Part shown: positions 30,820 to 41,695 of the stretch, piece after piece
How positions within the stretch are numbered: the stretch's first letter is position 1
Layout of the letters: every line of letters begins with the position of its first letter
DNA from: Candidatus Methanoperedenaceae archaeon
GTDB taxonomy: Archaea; Halobacteriota; Methanosarcinia; Methanosarcinales; Methanoperedenaceae
Direction: 5' to 3'
Length of the DNA stretch: 64,000 nt
Assembly: GCA_963753595.1 (NCBI GenBank)
Contig: CAVWCX010000001.1
Location: 32,001 to 96,000, forward strand
Notes under the pieces: model-generated
What the model saw: only the letters and a program-made list of their open reading frames with translations
Database searches by the model: none
What the model was told of the DNA's origin: nothing
Made by a program: the position numbers and the translations under genes

Positions 30820-32063
30820 TCAGATGACCTCCCTCGGGTCTGCGATCTCACCACGAAGCGCGCTTGCAGCCGCAGTTTCAGGCGAAGACAGGTAAATCAA
30901 TCCTCCTGCCCCCATACGTCCTTTGAAGTTCCGGTTGGATGTGGAAAGACACGTCTCGCCTTCACATATTACTCCCTGGTGGGCGCCAAGACACGGCCCG
31001 CATCCGGGCGGCGCAATAACAGCGCCTGCTTTAAGAAGAGTGGAAATTATCCCGGATTCTGTGGCTTTTATGAGTATCGAACGCGAAGCTGGAAGCACGA
31101 TCGTCCTGGTTTTCACCTGCTTTCCATGCAGGATCTTTGCAACTACCTCAAGATCTTCGTACCTGCCATTAGTACAGGAACCTATGAAAACCTGGTCAAG
31201 AGGTGTCCCAACGACTTCGCTTATATTGAAAACATTATCCACTTCATGCGGTTTTGCGATCTGCGGTTCAAGGTTTGTCACATCATAATATAAATCTTCG
31301 AAGTATTTGGCATTGTCATCAGCATAAACCGGTTCATATTTTTCTTTTGCCTTTCCATTCAGAAAAGTGAAAGTTTTCTCATCAGCCGGCACTATGCCGG
31401 TTTTTGCTCCCATTTCTATGGACATATTGCAAAGCGTCATACGCTGCGCCATGGAAAGGTCTTGGATTGTCTCCCCATAATATTCGATGGCTTTATAATT
31501 AGCGCCATCGGTTCCTATGTTTTTGATTATATTAAGTGTCAGGTCTTTTGCCGATACCCCTTTGAAAGCTTTCCTTCTACCGTTATCCTGATAGTCTCTG
31601 GCACTCGAAGCCAGAGTTTTCCTGATGCAAATATCTCTGCCATATCTGTCGCCCCGACACCTGTTGCAAATGCCCCGAACGCCCCGTATGTGCATGAGTG
31701 CGAATCCGCGCCTATTATGAGTTTTCCAGGCAGGGCAAATCCATTTTCAGGAAGCACCTGGTGGCATATACCTTCGCCTATGTCAAAGAAGCTGGTAATT
31801 CCCTGTTCGCGAACCCATTGCCTTATTCCCTGATGCAGTTTGGCGCCGGTATCGGTATGCGCAGGCGTATAGTGATCAAATGGTATGATTATTCGTCCCG
31901 GATCCCATACTTTCTTTACTCCCATCTCCTTAAATGCTTTCACGGCAATAACGCCTGTGCCGTCATGCGCCATCGCATAATCAATATTGGCTATCACAAA
32001 ATCATCTGCATCGACTTGTTTTCCGGCTGCGCGGCTGAGTATTTTTTCGCTGATCGTTGGCAT
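30820..32063 (-). pseudogene. LeuC/AksD-family large subunit, split by a 1-nt deletion in a G-run at ~31557-31560 (mutation or sequencing error)
   Basis: [44 protein letters not shown] across two frames. Confidence 0.88.
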
Positions 32064-32088
32064 GGTTATTTGTTCATAGACTTAAAGC

Positions 32089-32165
32089 GGATATATAGCA
32101 CTAATTATGTAAGCAAGTGTTGTCCTGTTTATTCGGAAAAGCGAAGGGTAGGGGCAAAATATTGT
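32089..32165 (-). promoter_or_regulatory. Regulon operator plus TATA
   Basis: ATGTAAGCAA (32107-16) + 36 nt containing TTTATTCGG + GGCAA (32153-57). Confidence 0.8.
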
Positions 32166-32238
32166 CTGATAAAAACAGTGTATATCCAAGTTCACGTAAA
32201 TCGTCGACAGTAAAGAAATATTTGAATCAGAGACCCCA

Positions 32239-32279
32239 AATCCGCGCATATCCGCGTAATCCGTGTCATCCGTGTTCCC
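32239..32279. repeat. 9-10-bp-period ATCCGYG repeat
   Basis: AATCCGCGCATATCCGCGTAATCCGTGTCATCCGTGTTCCC. Confidence 0.65.
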
Positions 32280-32629
32280 TTTGATTTGATGATTATTATT
32301 TCATCCCCCAAAACAACAACGACCAAAACCCAGCCTATTCCATATCCTGCTGTCATTTCTGCGTCTCCTGTTATCTAAAAGAGTATAGAGTTTACATGCA
32401 GTATTTCTTTTCTCAAACCTGATATCCACAGCCTTAACCTAACATTAGGATAAACCAACACGAATTATAATGGACACAAAAAATCGCAATCCACATATAC
32501 ATACTGAACAGTATGTTACTATATGGTATGCTTCATCAACCGAAAGAATGCAGATAAATCCTGTTGATAAAAACTAATCCATATCCTCCCTCAACTGCGC
32601 CGTTTTCGTAAAAAAGCTAAGGAGGGGTT

Positions 32630-34751
32630 TTATCTCCTCAGTACCATATATCCTGTGCCAACAAGACCTGCCACAGCAAACAATATCCAATCATATTGCC
32701 GGGGTTTCGCATTATCAACGGGTTTTGTTACTGGCGAACTGGCCTGGACTGCGACGGCTGACGATGTGGATGGGGTTGTTGTTTCTGCCGACGTGGAAGA
32801 TTCAGCAGATGGGGTGGTTGCATTAGCAGTTGCAACTTTTAAATCTACTTTTGGAGCATCCTTGATCACCTGTTCAAAAAATGGATAGAATCGCAGTGCA
32901 GTTGAACTGTCAGCCACCTTGAATTTTAGTCCATTTGCAAGATCAATAACAGCATTCTGGCCAAGGTTTATGTTGTTCTTATTGTGGAGCAGAACGTAAT
33001 TCTCATTCGCTTCTTTTACCTCAAATATTCCGAACTTATCTCCTGTTTTTATTTCAAGCACATTGCGGGATATAAGCCATGTGTATCTGAGCTGCACAAA
33101 TGTTTCCGCGTCTTTGCGCCCCTGAAAATATACTGTCCACATAGGTAACGAATACAGGCACATTGGACTCTCCCTTCAGGTCTTTCTCTGAATAAGTGTA
33201 TACTTCTCCCTCATTTACTACTTTAATATCTAATGTTATTCCATCTTTTGTCAGGGAAAGTGATGCCTGTCTTGGATTTGTTCTTACATCAAGAGCATCA
33301 ACTGTTAGATTATATCCTTCACCAAGGTTCCATGTCGTTCCAAGCTTTAGTGTCTGTTTTTCCTGTTTATCCTGCTCCTTTATCAGTTTGGCTAACTTAT
33401 TTGCCTTGCCATTCACGGCAACATAAAGCCCACCCTACCAGCCAAGGCGTGCATAGAAGCCTCCATTCCTGCTATTCATGAACGTCTTTGTTGTGCTATT
33501 GTACTCAAGAGCATTCTCAATTTTCAAGCCTTTTTCACTGAATACCTTATATTTTTGGTCTGTCCGGGATGTATTATAAAGCAGCTTTTCTGCCTCAATA
33601 GTCCTGCTCGCATTGGTCAAAGTTGATGCGCTCTGATCAACGACTAGACTTTCACTTGATTTTCCACCACCTGATGCATACCAGAATCCTGAAAATCTTT
33701 GCGCATCCCATACAAGAGTCTTATACTTGCTTTCGTCATAAGCGCCGCCTCTTAATTCATATTTTCCGGGTTTTGTTTTTTCAAGGATCGGATAAAAGCG
33801 AAGTGCTGTTGCGCTATCGGCTACCTTGAATTTTAGATCGCCATACAACGGCTGTACCGAGTTCTGGCCAAGGTTTATTGATTCTTTATTATATAAGGTC
33901 ATGGTGTTTTCTGTTGCTTCTTTTACTTCAAAAACACCGAATTTATCCCCTATCTTTATTTCAAGCACATTATTTGATATCAGCCATGTGTACTTAAGCT
34001 GGACAAAGGCAGCTTTGTCTTCAGCGCCTGTGAAAATACCATCAATGTAGGTGACAAATAGCGGTACGCTGGATTCTCCACCCAGGCTTTTTTCGGTATA
34101 GGTATAGACTTCACCTTCATTAACTACCTTTATATCCAGTGTTTTGCCATCCTTTGTCAGGTTAAGCCATGCCTGTCTTGGGGATGTTTTTGCATCAATG
34201 GCTTCAAGGGTAAGATTGTAGCCTTCTGGGAGTCTCCAGGTCTCACCGAGCTTTAATGTCTGCTTTTCTTCTGCCTTTTGTTCTTTTACAAGTTTTGCCA
34301 GCTTGTTCGCTTTTCCATTCACAGCTACATAAACGTCGCCAAACCATCCAAGCCGTGCGTAATATCCGCCCGTAGTATTTCTTGTAAAGATCTTGCTGGT
34401 ACTGTTATATTCAAGACCGTTCTCTACTAATTTACCTTTTTCACTGAAAACCTTATATTTCTGGTCAGTACGAACGGTATTATACAGGAGTTTTTCTTCA
34501 TTGATGATCCTGCTACCTGTTTTCAGGCTTGACGCAGCCTGGTCTATCCTGAGGGTTTCACTTGATTTCCCGCCGCCTGACGCATACCAGAAACCAGTAA
34601 AATTCTGTGCATCCCACAGCAATGTGGTATTATATTTATTTGAGCTCTCATCAAAAACCACGCCGTGGATCTCAACTTTAGTCACGTTGCCAGCTGTCAC
34701 AGGTAGTGCGGAAATTAATATGATCGCAAGTATTGCCAATATTTGTTTCAT
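32630..34751 (-). pseudogene. Methanosarcinales S-layer protein (two DUF1608 repeats, Thr/Ser linker, C-terminal anchor) with in-frame TAG at 33435-37 and frameshift at ~33115-33125
   Basis: WDAQNFTGFWY..SETL, LKFKVAD..LRFYP repeated twice; three track ORFs join into one ~705-aa protein. Confidence 0.85.
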
Positions 34752-34786
34752 TTTTATAACCTCTGTGTTCAGAGATTTTTCCAAAT

Positions 34787-34862
34787 CTATATAATGTTAG
34801 AGAAATCAGCAACAGTTGTCGCAATTCATCCATAAACAGAATAAATCGAGCAAAGGATTCCG
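34787..34862 (-). promoter_or_regulatory. Regulon operator plus TATA
   Basis: AAATCAGCAA (34803-12) + 36 nt + AGCAA (34849-53). Confidence 0.8.
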
Positions 34863-34974
34863 CTTTGATTCCATAATGGAAGAATTCAAAACAAAATCAA
34901 ATTTTTTGCAATAATTGAACAAAATGAAAAAAGTAATTACGAAAAATCATCTATATGACGAGAAACGCGGATAT

Positions 34975-35193
34975 TCAGTGTTTTTTTATGATGACTTTAA
35001 AATCACTGCCAGATTCCTCGATCCGTACTACTTCATGCCCATGTTCCCTGGTCCATTGAGGAATTGCATTTCTTGCAGTAACGTCATCGGTTAAAATTTC
35101 AAGTTCTTCGCCGGTTTTTAGCCCATCTATCTGTTTTTTGGTATAAAACAATGGTAACGGGCATACTCTACCTCTTGCATCTATTTTGTGCAT
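34975..35193 (-). CDS. tusA: TusA-family sulfur carrier
   Basis: IDARGRVCPLP. Confidence 0.9.
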   Translation of the reverse strand: MHKIDARGRVCPLPLFYTKKQIDGLKTGEELEILTDDVTARNAIPQWTREHGHEVVRIEESGSDFKVIIKKH

Positions 35194-35271
35194 GTGTGGT
35201 AGTATGAATGCCGGCATATTTTAAGTTTGTATTAAGGCAAAAAATGTAAGAGTTATTCGCTTTTTGATAAA

Positions 35272-35505
35272 TCAGCTTTTTCGTACAAAGATACTATAAT
35301 TTCCTTTGATAGCCTCTACGGCAAGCAGTTCATTCCCTGATTTCTTTGCCCATGCATCTATATTCTGTGGAGCTACAGGGTCGCTGGCAAGGATTTTTAA
35401 TACCTGCCCCTTTTGAAGTTTGTCCACCTGCTGTTTTGTCCGTATCAAAGGATAGGGGCATGCTTCGCCCCTTACATCCAGTTCGAAGTCGTGAACTATT
35501 GTCAT
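35272..35505 (-). CDS. tusA: TusA-family sulfur carrier
   Basis: LDVRGEACPYP. Confidence 0.9.
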   Translation of the reverse strand: MTIVHDFELDVRGEACPYPLIRTKQQVDKLQKGQVLKILASDPVAPQNIDAWAKKSGNELLAVEAIKGNYSIFVRKS

Positions 35506-35506
35506 A

Positions 35507-35881
35507 TCAGAACACCAGTGTCACTTCACTCTCCAGTATCCTGTTCGTCAGGTCATCGATGTTAAGTTTAGATATTCCTTCGATAATTTCGCTGTCAGCC
35601 ACACCTCTTTTCTTCAGGTCCGCCTCCAGGGCATAGAACTTCACGCTATCCTTTGCCTTAATGATGCTTGCTTCAATGCTTGGCACATCTTTCTGCCATA
35701 CAGCAGCATCGCCGTAGCTGGTCTTCTGTCCCTTTACCACAGAGTGAACACCTCCACTCACAAAAGTGATGGACGGCGAATTTCCTGCCGCAGCCTGCGT
35801 CTCAGCAAGCGGGATCGCGCTGTATGCATCTTCCTTGCCGTAAGGGGGCTGTGTCACGATTATGTTTACTTTCTTGCTCAT
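35507..35881 (-). CDS. DsrF/TusC-like protein
   Basis: IIVTQPPYG, FVSGGVHSVVKGQ, ADLKKRGV. Confidence 0.85.
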   Translation of the reverse strand: MSKKVNIIVTQPPYGKEDAYSAIPLAETQAAAGNSPSITFVSGGVHSVVKGQKTSYGDAAVWQKDVPSIEASIIKAKDSVKFYALEADLKKRGVADSEIIEGISKLNIDDLTNRILESEVTLVF

Positions 35882-35886
35882 TTTTA

Positions 35887-36267
35887 TTACCCTAATAATA
35901 TGGTCTTGTCTGATTCTGCTGTCCATTCACCAAGATCGTAAAGTCCGCCGATGACAACGCCTTCTGTCTGCTGTTTTGTCACACCGCGGGCATCTGTGCA
36001 TTTGATGCATGCTATTGCATCGGTCTTGGGATTCTTCAGTCCTTTCTTGAGAACGGTGCCAAAGAGCTGCTCAACGACTGGGAATTCTTTTGGTCCCTGG
36101 TCGCGGTGTCCGATCAACGTGCCATCCAGGTAGTTGAAGAAGTTGACATTGATCCCTTTCTCTTTTGCAGCATGGGCGAGCCTGATAAGCGTGTATGCCG
36201 CTTCATCGCGATATGGGCCGTTTATCGATACGATCGTTAAGGTTTTATTATAGCCGTTGTTTGCCAT
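35887..36267 (-). CDS. DsrE/TusD-like protein
   Basis: GPY, FFNYLDG, ACIKCTDARG active-site Cys. Confidence 0.85.
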   Translation of the reverse strand: MANNGYNKTLTIVSINGPYRDEAAYTLIRLAHAAKEKGINVNFFNYLDGTLIGHRDQGPKEFPVVEQLFGTVLKKGLKNPKTDAIACIKCTDARGVTKQQTEGVVIGGLYDLGEWTAESDKTILLG

Positions 36268-36276
36268 TGTATCACC

Positions 36277-36603
36277 TTAGAACCATGCCACTCGTGTGTT
36301 ATCTTCAACTATGTTGTCAAGGAGTGTTCCTATTTCATTTACCTGTACCCGGTCGGCCAGGTTCCCGTCAAGTCCCCTTGACTGCACAGCCCTGTCATCT
36401 GCAAGGATTTTGATGCCTTTCTTTTTAGCATCCTGGAGTTTATTCCCGAATTCACTTTTCCGAGCAGCGGTAACTCCGTCCTCTACAAGATAAAGAGAAA
36501 CATTGTTGCCTTTTGTTTTGGCATTTAACCCGATATCCAGAACGAGATTTGGTATCTCGGTCGTATATGGGTCTTTGGATAATACCAGTAATAGATTTGT
36601 CAT
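36277..36603 (-). CDS. DsrH/TusB-like protein
   Basis: LYLVEDGVTAA, AVQSRGL. Confidence 0.82.
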   Translation of the reverse strand: MTNLLLVLSKDPYTTEIPNLVLDIGLNAKTKGNNVSLYLVEDGVTAARKSEFGNKLQDAKKKGIKILADDRAVQSRGLDGNLADRVQVNEIGTLLDNIVEDNTRVAWF

Positions 36604-36605
36604 GT

Positions 36606-36831
36606 TTATCTACCTCTGAAATTAATTGTTCGTTTATTATTCAATCCGGCAGTCAATTCATTCTCAACTCTTGCTATCATAGAATCAAGTGTTTCAAGTA
36701 TCGGCGTTCTTCTTTGCGCCCTTGAATACTCAAATTCGCGCCATTCCCTTAAGGTATTGAGGACCGGGGTTGTTTTCTGTGCTTTGCCTTTATCGGTGAC
36801 AAAGGCGATTCCTTCTTTTTATCTGATTAAT
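36606..36831 (-). CDS. Leader (ATT)NQIKRRNRLCHR* (36790..36831) with +1 extension from CTT-TGT (36799-36804) ending 2 nt before the dsrH-like ATG
   Basis: GGTGA RBS 6 nt before ATT; AGA AGG AAT CGC CTT TGT CAC; +1 frame open 66 codons (VTDKGKAQKTTPVLNTLREWREFEYSRAQRRTPILETLDSMIARVENELTAGLNNKRTINFRGR*). Confidence 0.7.
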
Positions 36832-36865
36832 ATTGTATCACCAGATACCTGATTATTAATGCAAT

Positions 36866-36935
36866 ACTTATATCAGTTCAGAAATCAGCAACTTTTGATT
36901 GGTTAATTCTGTTTTTGTAACAATTGGGGCAAGTT
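36866..36935 (-). promoter_or_regulatory. Regulon operator plus TATA
   Basis: AAATCAGCAA (36882-91) + 36 nt + GGCAA (36928-32). Confidence 0.8.
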
Positions 36936-37061
36936 TGTTTCAAAAATCGCTAATTTTGACCGTTGATTTTTTCTGCGGAAGCTGTCACAAAACAGGCATG
37001 GAATTGTAGGGTGTTTTATAAGATAAGATCAAGGTAAGAGTAGCGCGAAAGTGAAGGAACA

Positions 37062-37538
37062 ATGGCAGGATATAAAGAACACAATAAAATAGCAGAAATG
37101 GCAGGAATACCATCTGCCATATCCGAGGAGATCAATCGATTCATGGATGATATAAATCCTCCAGGGGACTTTGAAGCTCACAATACTGAAAATAAGATAT
37201 TCGTGTGCGGGCACTTGAATGTGTCAATAAGGACTTTGATGGGAAGTGAAAATTTACGAAACAGGGGAAAAAAGGAATGGGTGCAAAAAGAGGATCTGAA
37301 ATGGCTGCTGGCAGCGAAAAAAGAATATATCAGGTGCTACTATCTGCATCTTGCTGTTGATAATATTTGCGAGAGTAAGGAAAGCATAAAGGGCGGTAGA
37401 GAGACTGTTGATAGTTGCATAAATAGCTGGGGAAAAAATCGTGCTGCTGTTGTTCCGGGAACAGAACCGTATCTGAGAGACGTATTGGGTTTTTTGGGAA
37501 ATAATGTCGAGAATATCAGAAAGATTATTTTTTTATAA
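37062..37538 (+). CDS. Hypothetical protein
   Basis: 158-aa ORF with GAAGGA RBS; HxxxD (YLHLAVD) motif. Confidence 0.7.
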   Translation: MAGYKEHNKIAEMAGIPSAISEEINRFMDDINPPGDFEAHNTENKIFVCGHLNVSIRTLMGSENLRNRGKKEWVQKEDLKWLLAAKKEYIRCYYLHLAVDNICESKESIKGGRETVDSCINSWGKNRAAVVPGTEPYLRDVLGFLGNNVENIRKIIFL

Positions 37539-37726
37539 TTCAGATAGTAGAAGAATACTCTAAACCAGTTCATGTATAAAAAAAGAACCGCAAGACTTTC
37601 CCATAATTTCTCAAAGTGGGGAAGTGCATCTTTTTAGCATGGAGGCTTATGGGATAAGATTGAGGTAATTTGGTGAAAGTATTTGGAATCCAAACCGGAC
37701 ATTTTATCTGATAAGTAATACTTTCA

Positions 37727-37969
37727 ATGAATATGAAAATCATCTACAGGCGGATAATTGGATTCATATTGTGCCTTCCCTTCATTTATTTCCTGTATGC
37801 TTGCGGACTATCCCAACCATCAAGACTAATTTTACCATGTGCTTTGGGCGCAGGCTCAGGTTTAACACCATTTACAGACATTGCATTGATTATTGGTCTT
37901 TATCTTATCATTACGGGTTGTAGAAAGGTGGATAAGAAGAATCTATTTTTCCTGGATGTATTTTTATGA
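37727..37969 (+). CDS. Small membrane protein
   Basis: Two hydrophobic segments. Confidence 0.5.
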   Translation: MNMKIIYRRIIGFILCLPFIYFLYACGLSQPSRLILPCALGAGSGLTPFTDIALIIGLYLIITGCRKVDKKNLFFLDVFL

Positions 37970-38307
37970 ATTTAAAAGAATTTCTCATGCTGGATAAAGA
38001 AAAGATCAGAATATCCGGCGCTATTTTTATAATATCAATAATCTGCATAATTATCGGCATCTATTTTGGAGGGTCTAATTCAATATTACGCTTGTTCTTC
38101 ATTGCAGCATCTTTCTTTTATCTCCCAGTTCTGTTATTACCGGAGATAGCGTATTCCATCATTCCTTCGATGCGCCCTGATATGGATACAATGACTGCTC
38201 TGCAATTTTATTTCCAATCTGGTTTAATGTTTGTCCTTGTTTGTGTTTATATATATCTTATGTCCTGTGCTATCGTATTTGTCAGGAGAAAGAGAACAAC
38301 TGTTTGA
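37966..38307 (+). CDS. Membrane protein
   Basis: Three hydrophobic segments; ATGA overlap with previous ORF. Confidence 0.65.
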   Translation: MNLKEFLMLDKEKIRISGAIFIISIICIIIGIYFGGSNSILRLFFIAASFFYLPVLLLPEIAYSIIPSMRPDMDTMTALQFYFQSGLMFVLVCVYIYLMSCAIVFVRRKRTTV

Positions 38308-38425
38308 TGCTTACCGAGATAAACAAAGAGGTGAGGCGATATTATTGGTCTATTCTCCGATTTCGGAAATACCTAGCAAACATTATTTAATCATTGATAC
38401 GTATTTATGAGGGAAAATAAAAGCG

Positions 38426-41400
38426 GTGATATATATTACCTTAGAATCTCTCCTCTCATCCCTGAAACCTCGCCAGCTTGAATCCATCAAACACTCACAA
38501 GGCCCCCAACTGATCCTCGCAGGCGCCGGAACTGGCAAGACCACGACCATCACCGCAAAGATCGCTTACATGGTCGAAAAAGAAGGCATCGACCCTTCCA
38601 ACATCCTCGCGCTCACCTTCTCCAAAGAAGCAGCAAGGAACATGCGCGAAAAAGTCGAGAAACTCCTTCAGGGAAAGGAAGTGATCGTTAAGACTTTTCA
38701 CTCATTCTGCGCCGAGCTTATCAAGGATCATGCTGACCGGTGCAAGGTTCCAGGTGATTTCAAGATATTCGAGGAGATGGATTCAGCTATTTTCATATAC
38801 AGGGAACTCAAAGTCGATGCAAGGACCGCCAGCCTGTACGCGAACACGATCGGAAAAGCCAAAGACCTGAATATCTCGATAGATAAATTCAAAGAATATC
38901 TGGAAACGCTTAAAAAACGGGTTCAGGATATCGCAAAAGATGAGAGCACATGGAAAGAACTGTATCGCGAATCTAAATTCAAACTCAATACATTCCATCT
39001 TCAGGAATTCAAAGACAAAGAAGATAAGAAGGCAAAACAGGCAGAGAAGAAAAGATATTCAGAATTCATAGACTTCTATGAAGAATACCTGAAATATTCA
39101 AACTTCATATCAGCCTGGGAGAAATATGAAGAAAAGAAAATAGCTTCAGGCGCTCTGGATTATGGCGACCTGAATCAGATCGTTCTCTGGTATCTGGATG
39201 TGTATGGCACGCAGGAATTGAATGACACCTTCAGCTACATAATCATTGATGAATTCCAGGATACCAATTATGTACAATTCGAACTGATAAAAAAACTCAC
39301 GGCAGCGAATAAGAACATAACAGTGGTGGCAGACCCGAACCAGACCATATATGCATTCCGTGGGGCGTACACCAATAATATTGAGGAGTTCAAAAAGAAA
39401 TTCTCACTATCTGATAAAGATATCGTGTCACTGGATGTGAGTTTCAGGTCAACGAATAAGATACTCAGAGTGGCTCATACCCTGATCGAAAAGAACTATG
39501 GAGAAGATAAAAGGCAAGAATGCCTGCTCCTGAAAAATCACAAAGATAAAGAAGGAGAGAACGTTAGTATCATCGAAACAGAGGATGATAATGAAGAAGC
39601 ACGAGCCATAGTCGAGAAGATCGAAGACTATCTGGCACAGGGAATCCCCCAAAAGAGATCGCTGTATTATACAGGACACATGCCCAGGGACGAAAGGTAA
39701 GACAGGCTCTTGAAAACAGGGGTCTGCCCTTTCGGGTCAAGGACGATACCGATTTCCTGAAGCAGCCTGAAATAAAGACCGCTCTTGCTTATCTGTATAT
39801 AATCAACAATATATCTCATCCCACAGCCCGCGGGACAGAAGCATGGTGGAGGATATTCCATTACAATAATGCCCTGAGCCAGGAAGATTCCATCAGGATA
39901 GGAGAATACCTCAAGAAAAAATGGGTCTCGTTCCAGGAAGCTATCTATCATCACATTGTAGAACTTAAACTTTCAAATAGCGGTCTTGAGACCATAAACA
40001 ATGTAAAAAAAAGAGTCGATTTACTGTGCTCGAAGAAGAATCTGGATGTATCAGACCTCATCCTTGAGGTATATGACCAATCCGGTCTCTCAAGGCAATT
40101 CGCCCATACAGACACAAAACGCAGCAGGGAAGCGCTGTTGAATCTCAGGCAGCTTCATGAATTAGCCAGTAATTTTGAGGAGTTCCATGGAAAAGACCTG
40201 AGTTTGTTCATAGATTATCTTGAGATCCTTGACGAGATGGACGGAAATCCGTCACCTGCAAGAATAGCGGATGATGATGCCATAAATCTCATGACGATAC
40301 ATTCGGCAAAAGGGCTGGAGTTCAAGGTTGTATTTGTCACAAATCTTGCAAAAGATAAATTCCCTCTGTACCGGGGAGGCGCAGAGCCACTTATTCCACC
40401 TGAATTGATGGAACAGTACAGGGATATTTTCGAGGACAAATCCATTAAAGATACTGAAAAAGCAGTCAGGGAGCGCAAAAAAGAGATCAAAAAAGAAGAA
40501 GAAAGACGGCTTGCTTATGTGGCACTTACCAGGACTAAAGAACATCTTTTCCTGACACTGGCAATCAAATACGCAGAGGATGAAAGAGAGCCGTCTGAGT
40601 TCCTTATTGATATTGGATATGACAACTGGAGAGCTGGCGGGAATATCACAGCTGGAGATATCAGTTATTTCAGGGATACTGATATGAAGGTCAGGGAGAT
40701 GGTAAAAGACAGCGCGCTTGAGCGGGAAAAGGCTCTGCGAAAAAGGCTGCTCATCGAGTCGCTTGATTCAGGCGATTTTAATGAGATAATGAAAAATACG
40801 CTGCTGTATCAGGCTTTAAAGCATGGAAAAGCGCCTGATTTCAAGGAATTTTTCGATTCCAACTGGGAAAAAATAGACCCTGCGCAGGATGCGCAGATTA
40901 TTCTGGGCAAGATCAAAGAGAATAAGAATGGGTTGAAATTCAATCCTGCAAGCATGACTTTCAGCTATTCCTCAATAAGTTCCTATGAACGGTGCCCGCG
41001 CCAGTATGAACTTGCAGAGCTTCTCAGGATGCCAACGCGCGATTCAGAAGATTCTACGGGAGCTATGAGACGCGGGAATTTTGTCCATAAGGTGCTTGAA
41101 AAAGCTGTGAGTGAGAAAATTACGTCAAAGGATCGGTTGTATGAAATAAGAGATACAGTTGCAAGAGAACCTGAATTCAAAGGTGTTGATATTGAAACGG
41201 CAACCGGGGCACTTGATGTATTCTGGGAGCGCAACAAGAATACAATTTCAAATAACCTGATGGTTGAGCAGCGGTTCACAGTACCGCTTGGCGGCTTTAA
41301 TTTTAAGGGATTCATTGACCGTGTGGATCTTATTCCGGGAACAAAGGATGAGGTCGAGATCATAGATTACAAGGCAGGAAAATATGAACCAGGACCTGTT

Positions 41401-41695
41401 GAACGAGGAAGACAACTTTTGCTGTATACACGCGGTATCGAGCATATGTATCCGAAATACAGGGTGAAAAGACTCACTCTGGAATTGCTCAACCTTCCTA
41501 ATCCCAGGACATTTGAGCTTATCGATGGAAAGTTCAAGAGCACAGGCAGCTCGCGGATGGAAGGGCTTGATGAGGCCGCTGTTGAGGATATGATCGAGAC
41601 TGCAAAGAAGATCGCGCATGATTATGAACACGGGTTTGAGAGGACGAAGGATGACGGTTATAAGGAGTGTTGATGCAGTTGTATTGCGGGGATTG
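38426..41695 (+). pseudogene. UvrD/PcrA helicase fused to PD-(D/E)xK nuclease (AdnB/AddA-like); frameshift at ~39650 and damaged C-terminal Cys cluster
   Basis: AGAGTGKT, DEFQDTN, MTIHSAKGLEF, EERRLAYVALTR, SYSSISSYERCP, GFIDRVD, IIDYK; second frame open from 39650 to 41673. Confidence 0.88.

Noticed and set aside
30205-31293. 362-aa plus-strand ORF and similar antisense track ORFs
   Set aside because: Shadows of well-conserved genes on the opposite strand, with no recognisable motifs.
31550-31565. leuC frameshift as part of the programmed system
   Set aside because: Mid-gene single-base loss in a G-run, needs the opposite shift direction, and has no AGAAGG/YTT-TGY motif; error or mutation.
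33435-33437. S-layer TAG as pyrrolysine
   Set aside because: No pyl genes in the window, the equivalent residue in repeat 1 is Phe, and the gene also has a frameshift.
39640-39660. UvrD frameshift as programmed recoding
   Set aside because: Homopolymer CCCCC-AAAA context, no motif, and the gene has other lesions.
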